DNA from: Candidatus Binatia bacterium | GTDB taxonomy: Bacteria > Desulfobacterota > Binatia > UBA9968 > CAXXLF01 | Length of the DNA stretch: 64,000 nt | Direction: 5' to 3' | Assembly (NCBI GenBank): GCA_963664015.2 | Contig: CAXXLF010000001.1 | Coordinates: 256,001-320,000, forward strand | Shown: positions 29,306 through 38,545 of the stretch, in pieces | Layout of the letters: each line of letters opens with the position of its first letter | How positions within the stretch are numbered: position 1 is the stretch's first letter | Translations under genes and position numbers: made by a program | Notes under the pieces: generated by a model | Told to the model about the DNA's origin: nothing | Seen by the model: the letters and a program-made list of their open reading frames with translations, nothing else | Database searches by the model: none

Positions 29306-29958
29306 TGCAAACCTCCAACCCGCCGCAACCGATGAGACCGACCATCATTAGCTTTGCCCTGGATCTTCCCAATATCTGTTCTCTGGCGGGGCTTTTCTGC
29401 GCGCTGCTCGGCATTTATTACGCGATCCGCGGAGTTTTCCCTGCAGCTATGATCGGCATTCTCTGGGCCGTGGTCTTTGACTGGTTCGACGGAGTGATTG
29501 CCCGCCGGCTTTCCGGTCGAACCGCGTCGCAACGGGCCGTTGGAGCGCAACTGGATTCCCTGATTGACCTGGTGAGTTTTTCTGTTTGTCCAGCCATCGT
29601 GTTACTTAGCTACAGCCAATACAGTCTCTTGTTTATTCCCGGAGCGTTTGCGATTCTTTCGACAGGGGTGCTGCGACTGAGTTACTTCAACGTATTCGGC
29701 CTTGTGGACGGATCGACCTATATGGGGCTCGCACTCGATAATAACGTTCTCGTTCTTGCGTTTGTCTTCCTGTTCGATGGATTGGTCCTCCGAGACACTT
29801 TTGCAGTCATCCTTCACCTAACGCTACTGGCCCTAGCAGCCATGAACGTGGCGCCCGTTCGAACGCCGAAGTTGACAGGTGGATGGTATTACGGGCTGGC
29901 GGGTTATGCCTTGGTCATGACAAGTGTTTTCGGTTGGAGATGGGCTCAGTTGCCCTAG
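29305..29958 (+). CDS. CDP-alcohol phosphatidyltransferase family protein
   Basis: DWFDGVIARR...GAQLDSLID signature; hydrophobic; start overlaps upstream stop. Confidence 0.92.
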   Translation: MQTSNPPQPMRPTIISFALDLPNICSLAGLFCALLGIYYAIRGVFPAAMIGILWAVVFDWFDGVIARRLSGRTASQRAVGAQLDSLIDLVSFSVCPAIVLLSYSQYSLLFIPGAFAILSTGVLRLSYFNVFGLVDGSTYMGLALDNNVLVLAFVFLFDGLVLRDTFAVILHLTLLALAAMNVAPVRTPKLTGGWYYGLAGYALVMTSVFGWRWAQLP

Positions 29959-30019
29959 GAATCAAAGAAACACGTCTTGCAGGTCACACGATTCCTAATC
30001 GGATAGCGTGCAAGAATTC

Positions 30020-30868
30020 TTACTCCACAAGGCGTAGCTTGAAGAAGTGATTCTGTAATCTAGGCCAAGCGATGTTTAGTTGAGAGAGCACTCGCGGTAG
30101 AGCCCAGAAGCTAATCGGCGTGGTCCCTCTGAGCGCCCACCACATCAAGGAACCAAGCGTGGGAGAATCCTTGGGCAAGAAAGGTAGCCACTTGCGACGC
30201 AGATCAACCAACTCCTCTGCAGTCACCATGCTGGTGTAACCGTAGTTCCGCCGGACTTCCACGCGAAAGGGTCCCGCGTCCTCAAACAGTCGATGATACA
30301 GACTTACGCTTCGGTAGACTGCCTGATACTCGCCTCGTGCCAAGGATACCCCCTGCTGCACAGTCGACTCTCGGAGGATGATCGAACCCTCTTTGCTAAG
30401 GCGGTGTTTCAAAGAGTGGAGCAGCGCCAGGACGTCAGCGTTCTTCAGATACATACACAGGCCACCCAGGAAGATCATGTCAAATGATCCTTCCGGAAGG
30501 CTTTTCCGACCGTCGCCTTCGAAAATCTCAACATTGGATAGGCGAGCCACTCTTTCCCTAGCAGCCTTCACCATCAAGGGACTACGGTCGATCCCAATGA
30601 CAGCTTTGTAGCGCTTGGCGAAGATCTCGGTCCAGGCCCCCGCCCCACAGCCAACGTCAAGCACTCGCCCTGAGGCACACACAACGTCGAGCCAATCTCT
30701 AACAATGCGTATCTCTTTGCGTAGTCGATATCGGGCCGCACTGGCTGGCAGATTGTGCTCATGGGCCATCATGCTGACAGTGCTTGCTGTGCCTCCCCCT
30801 ACACCATTGAAATAACGTTTGACAGTTGCATCATTGATCTGTTGTTCGGTGGAGGAGTGGTCATTCAT
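30020..30868 (-). CDS. Class I SAM-dependent methyltransferase
   Basis: VLDVGCGAG motif I, FDMIFLGGLCMYL, GSIILRES; likely ATG at 30868. Confidence 0.9.
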   Translation of the reverse strand: MNDHSSTEQQINDATVKRYFNGVGGGTASTVSMMAHEHNLPASAARYRLRKEIRIVRDWLDVVCASGRVLDVGCGAGAWTEIFAKRYKAVIGIDRSPLMVKAARERVARLSNVEIFEGDGRKSLPEGSFDMIFLGGLCMYLKNADVLALLHSLKHRLSKEGSIILRESTVQQGVSLARGEYQAVYRSVSLYHRLFEDAGPFRVEVRRNYGYTSMVTAEELVDLRRKWLPFLPKDSPTLGSLMWWALRGTTPISFWALPRVLSQLNIAWPRLQNHFFKLRLVE

Positions 30869-31143
30869 CGGTATTACCTTTGAAAAAGTCAACGATCGGT
30901 CTTAGCATTGAGGCATGGCCACCGAGAACCCAAGAATTCTGCTAACGGCCACTTTGATACATAAGTAAGCCAGCTTCACCCTGGCGACACAAATCACAGA
31001 GCGACTGGCTCTAAAATGCTTATGTTCCCCCTCCTTGGCCTTACGTCACGCTAGAAGCCATTCAACGATTGACGAGGCTCACGCTTATGGTCTGAGACTA
31101 AGAGACCCATATCACAGAGGAGATAATTGTCAATCATCCTAGA

Positions 31144-31223
31144 ACGCTATTAAACGACGCTTTAATTGAGTCCTACGGCCATTGGGAACGACAACGGCGG
31201 CCCTTTTGGGGACCGCCGCCTTC
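31144..31223. repeat. 80-bp unit 3: 28-bp palindromic site plus hairpin
   Basis: ACGCTATTAAA-CGACGC-TTTAATTGAGT then GGCCATTGGG..AACGGCGGCCC..GGACCGCCGCCTTC. Confidence 0.82.
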
Positions 31224-31330
31224 AGTTTTCACAGTGCTATATGATTTTATTAGCAAGAACCGGTAGGACCTCTCAACTACTCCCGGTTTGGATGGTTGCA
31301 TCCGACATTCACGGTAATCCCTGGCAATAT

Positions 31331-31810
31331 CTACTGCTCGAAGCAATAGAGTAGTTTCATGTTGTTGCAGGAGGGGGAGATCAGGGGGGCCTCCTCCCTC
31401 CAGGTAGAGGTGTTAGAGTTCGTTTGACCCACGCTTGCATTATCGCCGGAACCGTTGAGCGTCCAGTTGCTACAGTTGCCGTTGAAGCTATCCCCGTTTT
31501 GGTCGGTGCTTGTCCATGCATCTGTCACGGGGGCAGCGCCCTGCACCTCCGTGAGATCAATGGAGATCGTAAGGACCCCGTCCGTGAGGTCGGCCCAATT
31601 TGCTGCGACCTAAGCGCCGTCTGTTCGTACATATGGTACGACCGACTGAATAAATCGGGTGCTGGGCGACATGATGGAATCCTATAACCAGGCCTAGTAG
31701 GTTCCAAACAATCCCGCTTCGTGGGAACGCTGGTTACAGATCAAATCTGCGCCCTGGAGTCCTCCCAAAATGCCGTCGTGTACGGAGCTGGTGACGAAGA
31801 CCGTCTTCGT
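31331..31810 (-). pseudogene. DUF1554-like domain protein, 5'-truncated, three in-frame TAG codons
   Basis: One frame reads KTVFVTSS..GILGGLQGADLIC..GTY*AWL*DS..DGA*VAANWADLTDG..CSNWT..LLYCFEQ. Confidence 0.78.
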
Positions 31811-31822
31811 ATTCCGTGAACC

Positions 31823-32544
31823 AAGGAAGCGGGTCTCAGCCGGTCCACCGTCAAAAACCTGATCGCACCACTCAGGGCAATGTTCAATCCGGCAGTAAAG
31901 CTCGGCAACCACCTCCCAGAGCAGGACACCACGAAGATCGAGCCAAACCCTCTTAATGAGGAAGAAGTCCGTCATCTGCTGGCCACGGTCCGGGAAAGGC
32001 TACCGGAACACTACCCGGTGACCCTTTGTGCTGTGAGGGCCGGTCTTCGGCTCGGGGAGCAGATCGACTTCCACAGCCGGTTCATCACGGTGAATTACAA
32101 TTTCAGCCGGGAGGAATTCACCTCCCCAAGAGTAAGAAGAGCCGCCAGGTGGACAGGAGTGAGCAGCTGGCCTATGTCCTGCCGTCCCTGCTACGGAAGA
32201 GAAAAGCCCATGCGCTCAAGAGCGGCACCGGGGAAGTCGGGGAGTTCGTATTCCACTCCCCTACCGGATCCCGGCTGGATGGGACCTCATTTGCCAAGAG
32301 GGTCTTCCACAAGGCTCTTTCACTGGCAGAATTGAGACGGGTGCAGTTCCATTCGTTGCGTCACTTGTTTACCAGCTTGCTGCTCTCACGAGGTGCGGAC
32401 TTGAACTACGTGAAGGGTCAGCTTAGGCATCATTCAATCACCCTCACGGTGGACACATACCGCCACAGGATGGATCAGAACGACAGGTCAGCCGTTGGCT
32501 CACTGGATGATCCGGGTTGGCAGAGCGTGGTAGCAGAAAGGTAG
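31823..32544 (+). pseudogene. Tyrosine recombinase/integrase, 5'-truncated and frameshifted
   Basis: GLSRSTVKN..LRAMFN, AGLRLGE, frameshift near 32128, FHSLRH, QLRHHSITLTVDTY; next to the tRNA att site. Confidence 0.92.
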
Positions 32545-32557
32545 CAAATGGTAGCAA
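32528..32557. repeat. Candidate integrase arm-type sites, right end
   Basis: TGGTAGCAG, AGGTAGCAA, TGGTAGCAA in tandem at 10-11 bp period. Confidence 0.7.
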
Positions 32558-32605
32558 TCGACGGGTCAGAGGAGCAGACTTTGGAATATAAGTTGCTGAT
32601 CTGTA

Positions 32606-32682
32606 TGGTGCGCCCGGAGGGATTCGAACCCCCAGCCTACAGATCCGTAGTCTGTCGCTCTATCCAATTGAGCTACGGGCGC
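32606..32682 (-). tRNA. tRNA-Arg(ACG)
   Basis: Minus strand GCGCCCG..ACAGA-CTACGGA-TCTGT..GTTCGAATCC..CGGGCGCACCA. Confidence 0.97.
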
Positions 32683-32959
32683 TTAAACGGTTGTCGTAAA
32701 AGGCGAGTCCAGGGCCAGCCAACCGAGAACCCAAAGTGATCCATTCTCACGAATGATGGTGGATTAATTACATTGACTCCCAGTCAACAAAAACACCGGA
32801 TACCATATCACAGAGAATTGGGCTTTTCCACAAATGCCCAAATTGTCGGACCGGAGGATGAAACTAAATTTACAATACCGTCAAGATCCTCATCCGCACA
32901 ATATAATCCCAGGGAGAAATCTCGAGTGTGGGGCGGCAGATACGGCCATGATGCGAATT

Positions 32960-34105
32960 TCAATCTCTCAGATTAGGCAGGGCCTCACGGGCAAATAGCT
33001 CCATGCTCTTTGTCGCCATATCCAACGGCATCGTAGCGAACGGAGCGTAAACCATCATAACCCCCGCACCCAATTGCTCTTGCTGGTAACGGATCTGACG
33101 GGTCACCGATTCCGGGTCACCGACGATGCACAATCCCTCCTTCAAAATATGGTCGAGGCTCATACTGCCGGCCTTAGCCAGGGTCTCTCCAAGAAACTGG
33201 GCGCCCGCCGACTTGCCTTTTTTGTAATCAAAGGATCGATCCGTTCGCGAGGCAGCCCGGTAGCGCTCGATCTGTTCGGGGTAGCTGCGGGCCACCGGGA
33301 TCTCTTCGAAAAACTGCCGTATATAAGGCTCAACCTCCTCCCGTGCCTGCTGGTCTTTGGGGGCCACGTAGAGCTGCCTGGAAAACATAATGTGTTCGGG
33401 GCCAGGGGTCCAACCGCATTCCTTCTGGGCATAACTTCGATAGTAGTCGAAGTTCTCCGCCATTGACGCGGTGGGGGCAAAGGAAGCGGCGACGGGAATG
33501 CGCTTTTTTGCGCACCATTCAATGCTTTCCGCCGTGGCGCCTGCCATGATGATCGGAGGGTGGGGCTGCTGCACCGGCCGCGGCATGATCGAGATGTTTT
33601 CGTACTGGAAGTGTTTTCCATTCCAGGCGAAGGGTTCGGGAGCGGTCCAGGCCTCAATAATCAATTCCCAGGCCTCCTCAAAGCGTTCTCGGGCCTGGCT
33701 GGCATCAATGTTGTAAGCGTACCACTCAAGAAAGCCCCCGCGGAGAAACCCGGAAACGATCCGCCCACGCGACAGCACGTCCAGCATGGCCAGCTCTTCG
33801 GCTAGCCGTACCGGGTGGGCGTGCAGTGGAACGCAGTTACCCAATAGAACTAGCTTGACGTTACTGGTCTGAACCGCAACCGCCGCCGCCATGACATTGG
33901 GCGAAGGGGTACCGTGGGTTGTATAGTGGTGCTCCGTGAGACACACGCCGTCGAAGCCGAGTTCGTCGGCCCGCTTTAGGTATTCCAGGTGGCCGTGGTA
34001 CTGCTGGATCCCGACCTCTGGGTCCCAAAGTCTTCCTGGATAGGGATAGAGCATACGGTTACCAGGTTTGGGCCAAAACACCTGATCAAACAGCCATACT
34101 TTCAT
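32960..34105 (-). CDS. LLM-class (luciferase-like) flavin-dependent oxidoreductase
   Basis: ADELGFD..LTEHH, HPVRLAEELAMLDVLSRGR, PRPVQQPHPPI. Confidence 0.93.
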   Translation of the reverse strand: MKVWLFDQVFWPKPGNRMLYPYPGRLWDPEVGIQQYHGHLEYLKRADELGFDGVCLTEHHYTTHGTPSPNVMAAAVAVQTSNVKLVLLGNCVPLHAHPVRLAEELAMLDVLSRGRIVSGFLRGGFLEWYAYNIDASQARERFEEAWELIIEAWTAPEPFAWNGKHFQYENISIMPRPVQQPHPPIIMAGATAESIEWCAKKRIPVAASFAPTASMAENFDYYRSYAQKECGWTPGPEHIMFSRQLYVAPKDQQAREEVEPYIRQFFEEIPVARSYPEQIERYRAASRTDRSFDYKKGKSAGAQFLGETLAKAGSMSLDHILKEGLCIVGDPESVTRQIRYQQEQLGAGVMMVYAPFATMPLDMATKSMELFAREALPNLRD

Positions 34106-34396
34106 ATATCTCCCCTTCAGAAACGTTTCTCAATGGCACCATTTTTGACAATCAAAAAGGACCCTTAACCAGTGTGGCCTACAATGCTCAAACACTACCC
34201 GACAACCCACAGTCAAGTCAAGATTACCTACCCGGTCCGACCGCACCACCGACGATTGACACGGTCTCCCTGTCTGGAATAGTCTTTCTAAAAGCCGAGA
34301 ATCGTTCCTTAGCAGGCCCCATGCTTCGAGTACTAGGGGTTGGTCTCCCATTAGGTAGGAGCGATCAGATATCAGGAGAATCCAGGAGAACCATAG

Positions 34397-35116
34397 ATGC
34401 CCGGTTGGAAGGCGCGTATAGAAATTCTTTCACCTTCGGTCTTTGAAATACCATCGGACTGGAGCCTGATCCTACCCCAAGGTTTTTCCCTTGTTGCTAC
34501 CGGACTCAACGTTCAGGCTCACACTTCTCAAGAATTCAATAAGGCCATCGAGGCCCTAGAATCCACACTCTCTGTATTCGTTGCTGAAGAAGTCGATGCC
34601 ATTGTCATAGGGGGGATTACGCTGGCGACCCAACGTGGCTATCGAACAGAGCAGGAGGTGATATCCGCCCTATCTAAACAACTCGGTCGCCCGGTCACCA
34701 CGGGAATGCAGGCGAGCGTTCAGGCCCTCCAGCACTTGAAGCTAGAGAAGATCGTCATTGCCACGGCCTACAAAGAATCCATCAATCAGGCCGTGAAGCA
34801 GTACTATCAGGACGGCGGCTTGGATGTCGTGGGAATCCGAGGCCATGACGTGTCCAAACCTGTGGAACAGGTCCAACTACCAGAGGGGGCCTCTGCTAGA
34901 GCAGGACAAAATCTTTTTGAGGAACATTCGGATGCGGACGCAGTTCTACTTCAGAGCAGATGGCCCTCGGCGGCATATGCAGAACGGCTCGAAAGAGAGC
35001 TCCGCAGACCGGTTGTGACAACGGTGACCGCGTCTCTCTGGTGGGTACTTCAAGCATTGGCAATTAAAGAACCCGTCCATACCTATGGGCTGCTTCTGCG
35101 CCAGGAAGAATCCTGA
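34397..35116 (+). CDS. Asp/Glu racemase superfamily protein (maleate isomerase / arylmalonate decarboxylase-like)
   Basis: GWKARI..LSPS, ALQHLKLEKIVIATAY, LERELRRPVVT..ASLW..L, YGLLL. Confidence 0.8.
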   Translation: MPGWKARIEILSPSVFEIPSDWSLILPQGFSLVATGLNVQAHTSQEFNKAIEALESTLSVFVAEEVDAIVIGGITLATQRGYRTEQEVISALSKQLGRPVTTGMQASVQALQHLKLEKIVIATAYKESINQAVKQYYQDGGLDVVGIRGHDVSKPVEQVQLPEGASARAGQNLFEEHSDADAVLLQSRWPSAAYAERLERELRRPVVTTVTASLWWVLQALAIKEPVHTYGLLLRQEES

Positions 35117-35152
35117 ATGATGCTTCTCTAGTATTCCCACCGCAGCGCCCAT

Positions 35153-36007
35153 TCAATCAAAAACAACCGCCTTGCTCCCGTAGGGTAATACGCGCCGTTC
35201 CAAGTTGAGACGAACGACCCTTGCCAAGACCATGCGTTCCAAGTCACGCCCCTTTCGAACCAAGTCCGCCACTGTATCGCGATGGGTCACGCGACTTACA
35301 TCCTGATCGATGATCGGAGCATCATCGACCATCGCAGTCACATAATGCCTCGTTGCCCCCACAAGCTTGACACCGCAATGGACTGCCTGGGCATACGGGT
35401 TCGCACCAGCAAATGCAGGGAGGAAAGAGTGAAGGATTTTAATAATTCGGTTGGGATAACGTTAAACAAAATCCTTTGATAGGATTTGCATATAGCGGGC
35501 TAGGATAACCAGATCCACTCGCAGGGAATCCAGCAATTCCAGTTCCCTTTTTTCTTGTCCACGCTTGCTCTTAGGCGTTACGGGGAACAGGTGGTACGGA
35601 ATTCCATCGCGCGTTGCGATTGGGCGCAACGACTCATGATTGCTCACGATCGCAACCAATTCGGCGCGAAGCTCCCCAATCCCGTTCCGGGACAAAAGAT
35701 CCGTAATGCAATGATCCAGGTTGGAAACAAAGATTGCGATTCGTGGCCGCTCATCAGAAAAACGCAATTCCAATTCCATCCCCACATCATTCGCCAAGGG
35801 CTGAGATGCACGTCTCAGCTCCGTATCATAAAGATCTGAAGATTCCAGATTCCACTCAACCCTTGAGAAAAATTGACCCGTTTGAGAATCAATGTGCTGG
35901 TCCGCATGGAGGATGTTCCCGTTGTGCCGATATACAAGCTCCGAAATTCGATAGACGAGCCCATTTTGCTCAAGGCAGGTCATGAGAAGAGTAACGGTTC
36001 TTCTCAT
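35153..36007 (-). pseudogene. purU: Formyltetrahydrofolate deformylase, interrupted
   Basis: ACT-like N-terminus, DLVILARYMQILS, in-frame TAA at 35462-35464, then eroded [11 protein letters not shown] and [20 protein letters not shown]. Confidence 0.9.
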
Positions 36008-36107
36008 ATGTCACCTCAGCATTGAAATTCCAAACCTTTATCTAGTCACGGTGCGAATGCCATGTATGGGGAAGCTGGATTTCCGGTCACTGGAGGCGAA
36101 AGAAAGT

Positions 36108-36199
36108 TGGCGGAGAGAGAGGGATTCGAACCCTCGGTACCCCGTAAAGGGTACACACGCTTAGCAGGCGCGCGCCTTCGACCACTCGGCCATCTCTCC
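36108..36199 (-). tRNA. tRNA-Ser(GCT)
   Basis: Minus strand GGAGAGA..CT-GCT-AA anticodon loop, long variable arm, GTTCGAATCC, CCA. Confidence 0.96.
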
Positions 36200-36375
36200 G
36201 TTGGGCGATGTTTTGAAAAATAATATTTCCTTAAACCTAGCATAGGGAGCCCTGAATTTCTACAAAAGCATTGTCCTTGTTCTGGCAGATAGCAAAAGGT
36301 GCTGCTAGCAACTCACTTTCCCACTTCTATCCCCAAATTTATCCCGACCCATCTCCACATGGGCTAGGTTAGATT

Positions 36376-37260
36376 CTATCTGCCCCGGTACCGTTCGACG
36401 GCTGGGTTGACCCCAATCTTTCGCCCCTTTTCCCAAAGGTAAAAACCTTTAAGGCTCTTCACTCCAAAGAATCCGGCTGCTACGAGCTTGCAGAGAAGGT
36501 CCGGGGCGTTATAGGAGGGACCCAATTCCCGCTCTAAAACCGCAGCAATAGCCAGGGCTGTGTCTAGGCCAACAAAGTCCAGGGTGGTGATCAGCCCCAT
36601 CTTGTGCCCCAGGCATCGGGTCGTCTTGTCGGCATCTTCGCAGCTCATAATCCCTTCTTCAACCACCTTGACCGCCTCCATTAGAAAGGGAACAAACATA
36701 CGGTTGATTCCAAAACCCGCCCGGTCCTCGGCCAGGATCGGCTCTTTACCTAACTCACGACAAAAAGCAGTGATCCTCTGAAAGGTTTCCTCGCAGGTCA
36801 ACAAGGCACGAATTAACTCGCACCCGGGTTGCACGGGAACCGGATTCATAAAATGCATTCCCATGAATTTCTCCGGCCATGGACTGGCGCTGGCCAGCCG
36901 AGTGATCGAGATGGATGATGTATTACTTGCAAACAGTCCTTGATAACCGATCTGTGGCAACCTGGAGATCGTCTCTTTTTCCGCTTCTTCGTTCTCAATC
37001 ATCGCCTCGATCACGATATCGCGCTCTAGCAGCATCCCCAATTCGGTAGTGCCGTGAACCCGTTTCATCACAGATTCCTTTTCTTTGAAGCGCCTCAAGC
37101 CATCTTCTATACGCCGGATTCCCTCCTTGAGCTGCTCCTGGGCGACTTCGAGAGCCACCACCTCAAACCCACTGGAATCGGCGATTTACGCGATACCGCT
37201 ACCCATAAGACCCAATCCGATTACACCGACTTTATGAATTCCCGAGTTTGCACTACTCAA
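36376..37260 (-). pseudogene. 3-hydroxyacyl(butyryl)-CoA dehydrogenase with premature stop
   Basis: KVGVIGLGLMGSGIA*IADSSGFEV (TAA at 37186-37188), then ASNTSSI, GMHFMNP, DFVGLD. Confidence 0.88.
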
Positions 37261-37389
37261 GATTTTCCCCTTTCAGTTCACCTGCCACCCCTACCCCACA
37301 GACTAGGCGGCCCCTCCATCCCTTAGGAAATCGAAGCCCGAAAAATGCACCTAGTAGAAAAGATTATACCGCACAGGAGAGAACAAATA

Positions 37390-37428
37390 GAAGCCTCCAC
37401 CGGCTTACGCCAGTGGTATCCTTCCTTT
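37390..37428. repeat. Isolated degenerate copy of the left end of the 3001-3224 element
   Basis: GAAGCCTCCACCGGCTTACGCCAGTGGTATCCTTCCTTT, 35/39 identical to 3001-3039. Confidence 0.7.
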
Positions 37429-37879
37429 ATGAGAGGTGGTTCCGTTCGGGTCGTATTTCAGGGATAAGAAGTCCCAAAGGGCAAGGCGGTGGCTTCCTTA
37501 CTATTTTTGGGTGGACAAGCTTTCCTGCACCTGACACCCGCTCTGCAGCCGTAGAGCCAGACGCTTCTCTTTTAGCCCAATTTGCCCAATCATGCAGGAG
37601 AAGGGTTATGCCAAGAACTGAGACTCAATCCGACAAAGGGGAGGCCCTATGACGATATTATATGTCAAAAGGGCGTGGATATGGCCAGTGTTCAACCAGG
37701 CCATCCACAGGACTATAGACCTTGGGGGGTAGGAAAGATTCAATTCGGGAGCCGTGTTAATCGACCCGAAAAAAGGTGATAACTTGCAGAGCCATCGTCT
37801 CCTTTATGGGAGCTACGAACCACATACCAGTCCTGACCATTGGTAACCTCGATATATTCAACCCTAGCAAAGTCCATAG

Positions 37880-38524
37880 GCGGGTTGTCCAGAAGGCATC
37901 CATCACCAATTAACGGACAAGGACGGCGATCCCTACGGCCCCCATCTGGGCTGGCTGGGGAGCTATCTTGCCGTGGAATCGAGCCAGAAAATAAACACGG
38001 GCATTACGGAAGAGGTATACGAGTCGCTCAAACAAACGGTTGCTCACATCGGCTTCAAAGCCAATAACTATGCCCAGTTCCAAAGAACCGGTTCCGTTGA
38101 GAACCTCATCCACTATGCGGTGCGCATATTGTTCTCTCAGAGCTTATGGATCAGCGGTTTTCTATACCTGGGACTGGGGAACTGGATCGTAGTCTGGTAT
38201 GCGAGCATCTTCGCGGCAAGCTTCTTGATTCGGAATTTCAACTGCCACGGACATGGCGGTTGGTTTCGTCGAAAGAAAAAGCCGGGATGGGAGTTCGATA
38301 CTGGCAGCCATGCCCTCAACCAGCGCTTATACGGTTATCTAGCTTCCGAATGGCACGATAACCACCACAGGTACCAGACTTCGGCCAATAACGGCTTCCT
38401 GCCCGGACAAATCGATGTCACATTCGAGCTTATCAAGCAATTGTGGAAGATTGGGATAATCGCCTCGTATATAGACGCTCTACCCATTTTCCAAAAGGAA
38501 ACCACTGCATCACTCCAACTCTAG
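37880..38524 (+). pseudogene. Fatty acid (delta-9-like) desaturase, 5'-truncated fragment
   Basis: In-frame IHHQLTDKDGDPYGP and EWHDNHH His boxes, GQIDVT; first His box and N-terminus absent (TAG at 37877). Confidence 0.75.
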
Positions 38525-38545
38525 TCTCCCCTCCCTACACCTCTT

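Larger units (their letters stand above)
23838..32650. mobile_element. Integrative element / genomic island in tRNA-Arg(ACG), about 8.8 kb, defective
   Basis: Flanking 45-bp direct repeats, tRNA-adjacent tyrosine integrase remnant, accessory cargo. Confidence 0.92.

Noticed and set aside
24611-31171. The 28-bp sites as chromosomal dif or integron attC
   Set aside because: Arms lack the XerD TTATGTTAAAT consensus, and there is no RYYYAAC/GTTRRRY attC structure or IntI gene
5017-32682. tadA and its substrate tRNA-Arg(ACG) in the same window
   Set aside because: They are 27 kb apart with unrelated genes between; no evidence of linkage
4901-36199. Shared 3' sequence between 4901 and 36108 as a possible att pair
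   Set aside because: Both are complete tRNA-Ser genes with different anticodons, so the similarity is ordinary isoacceptor homology
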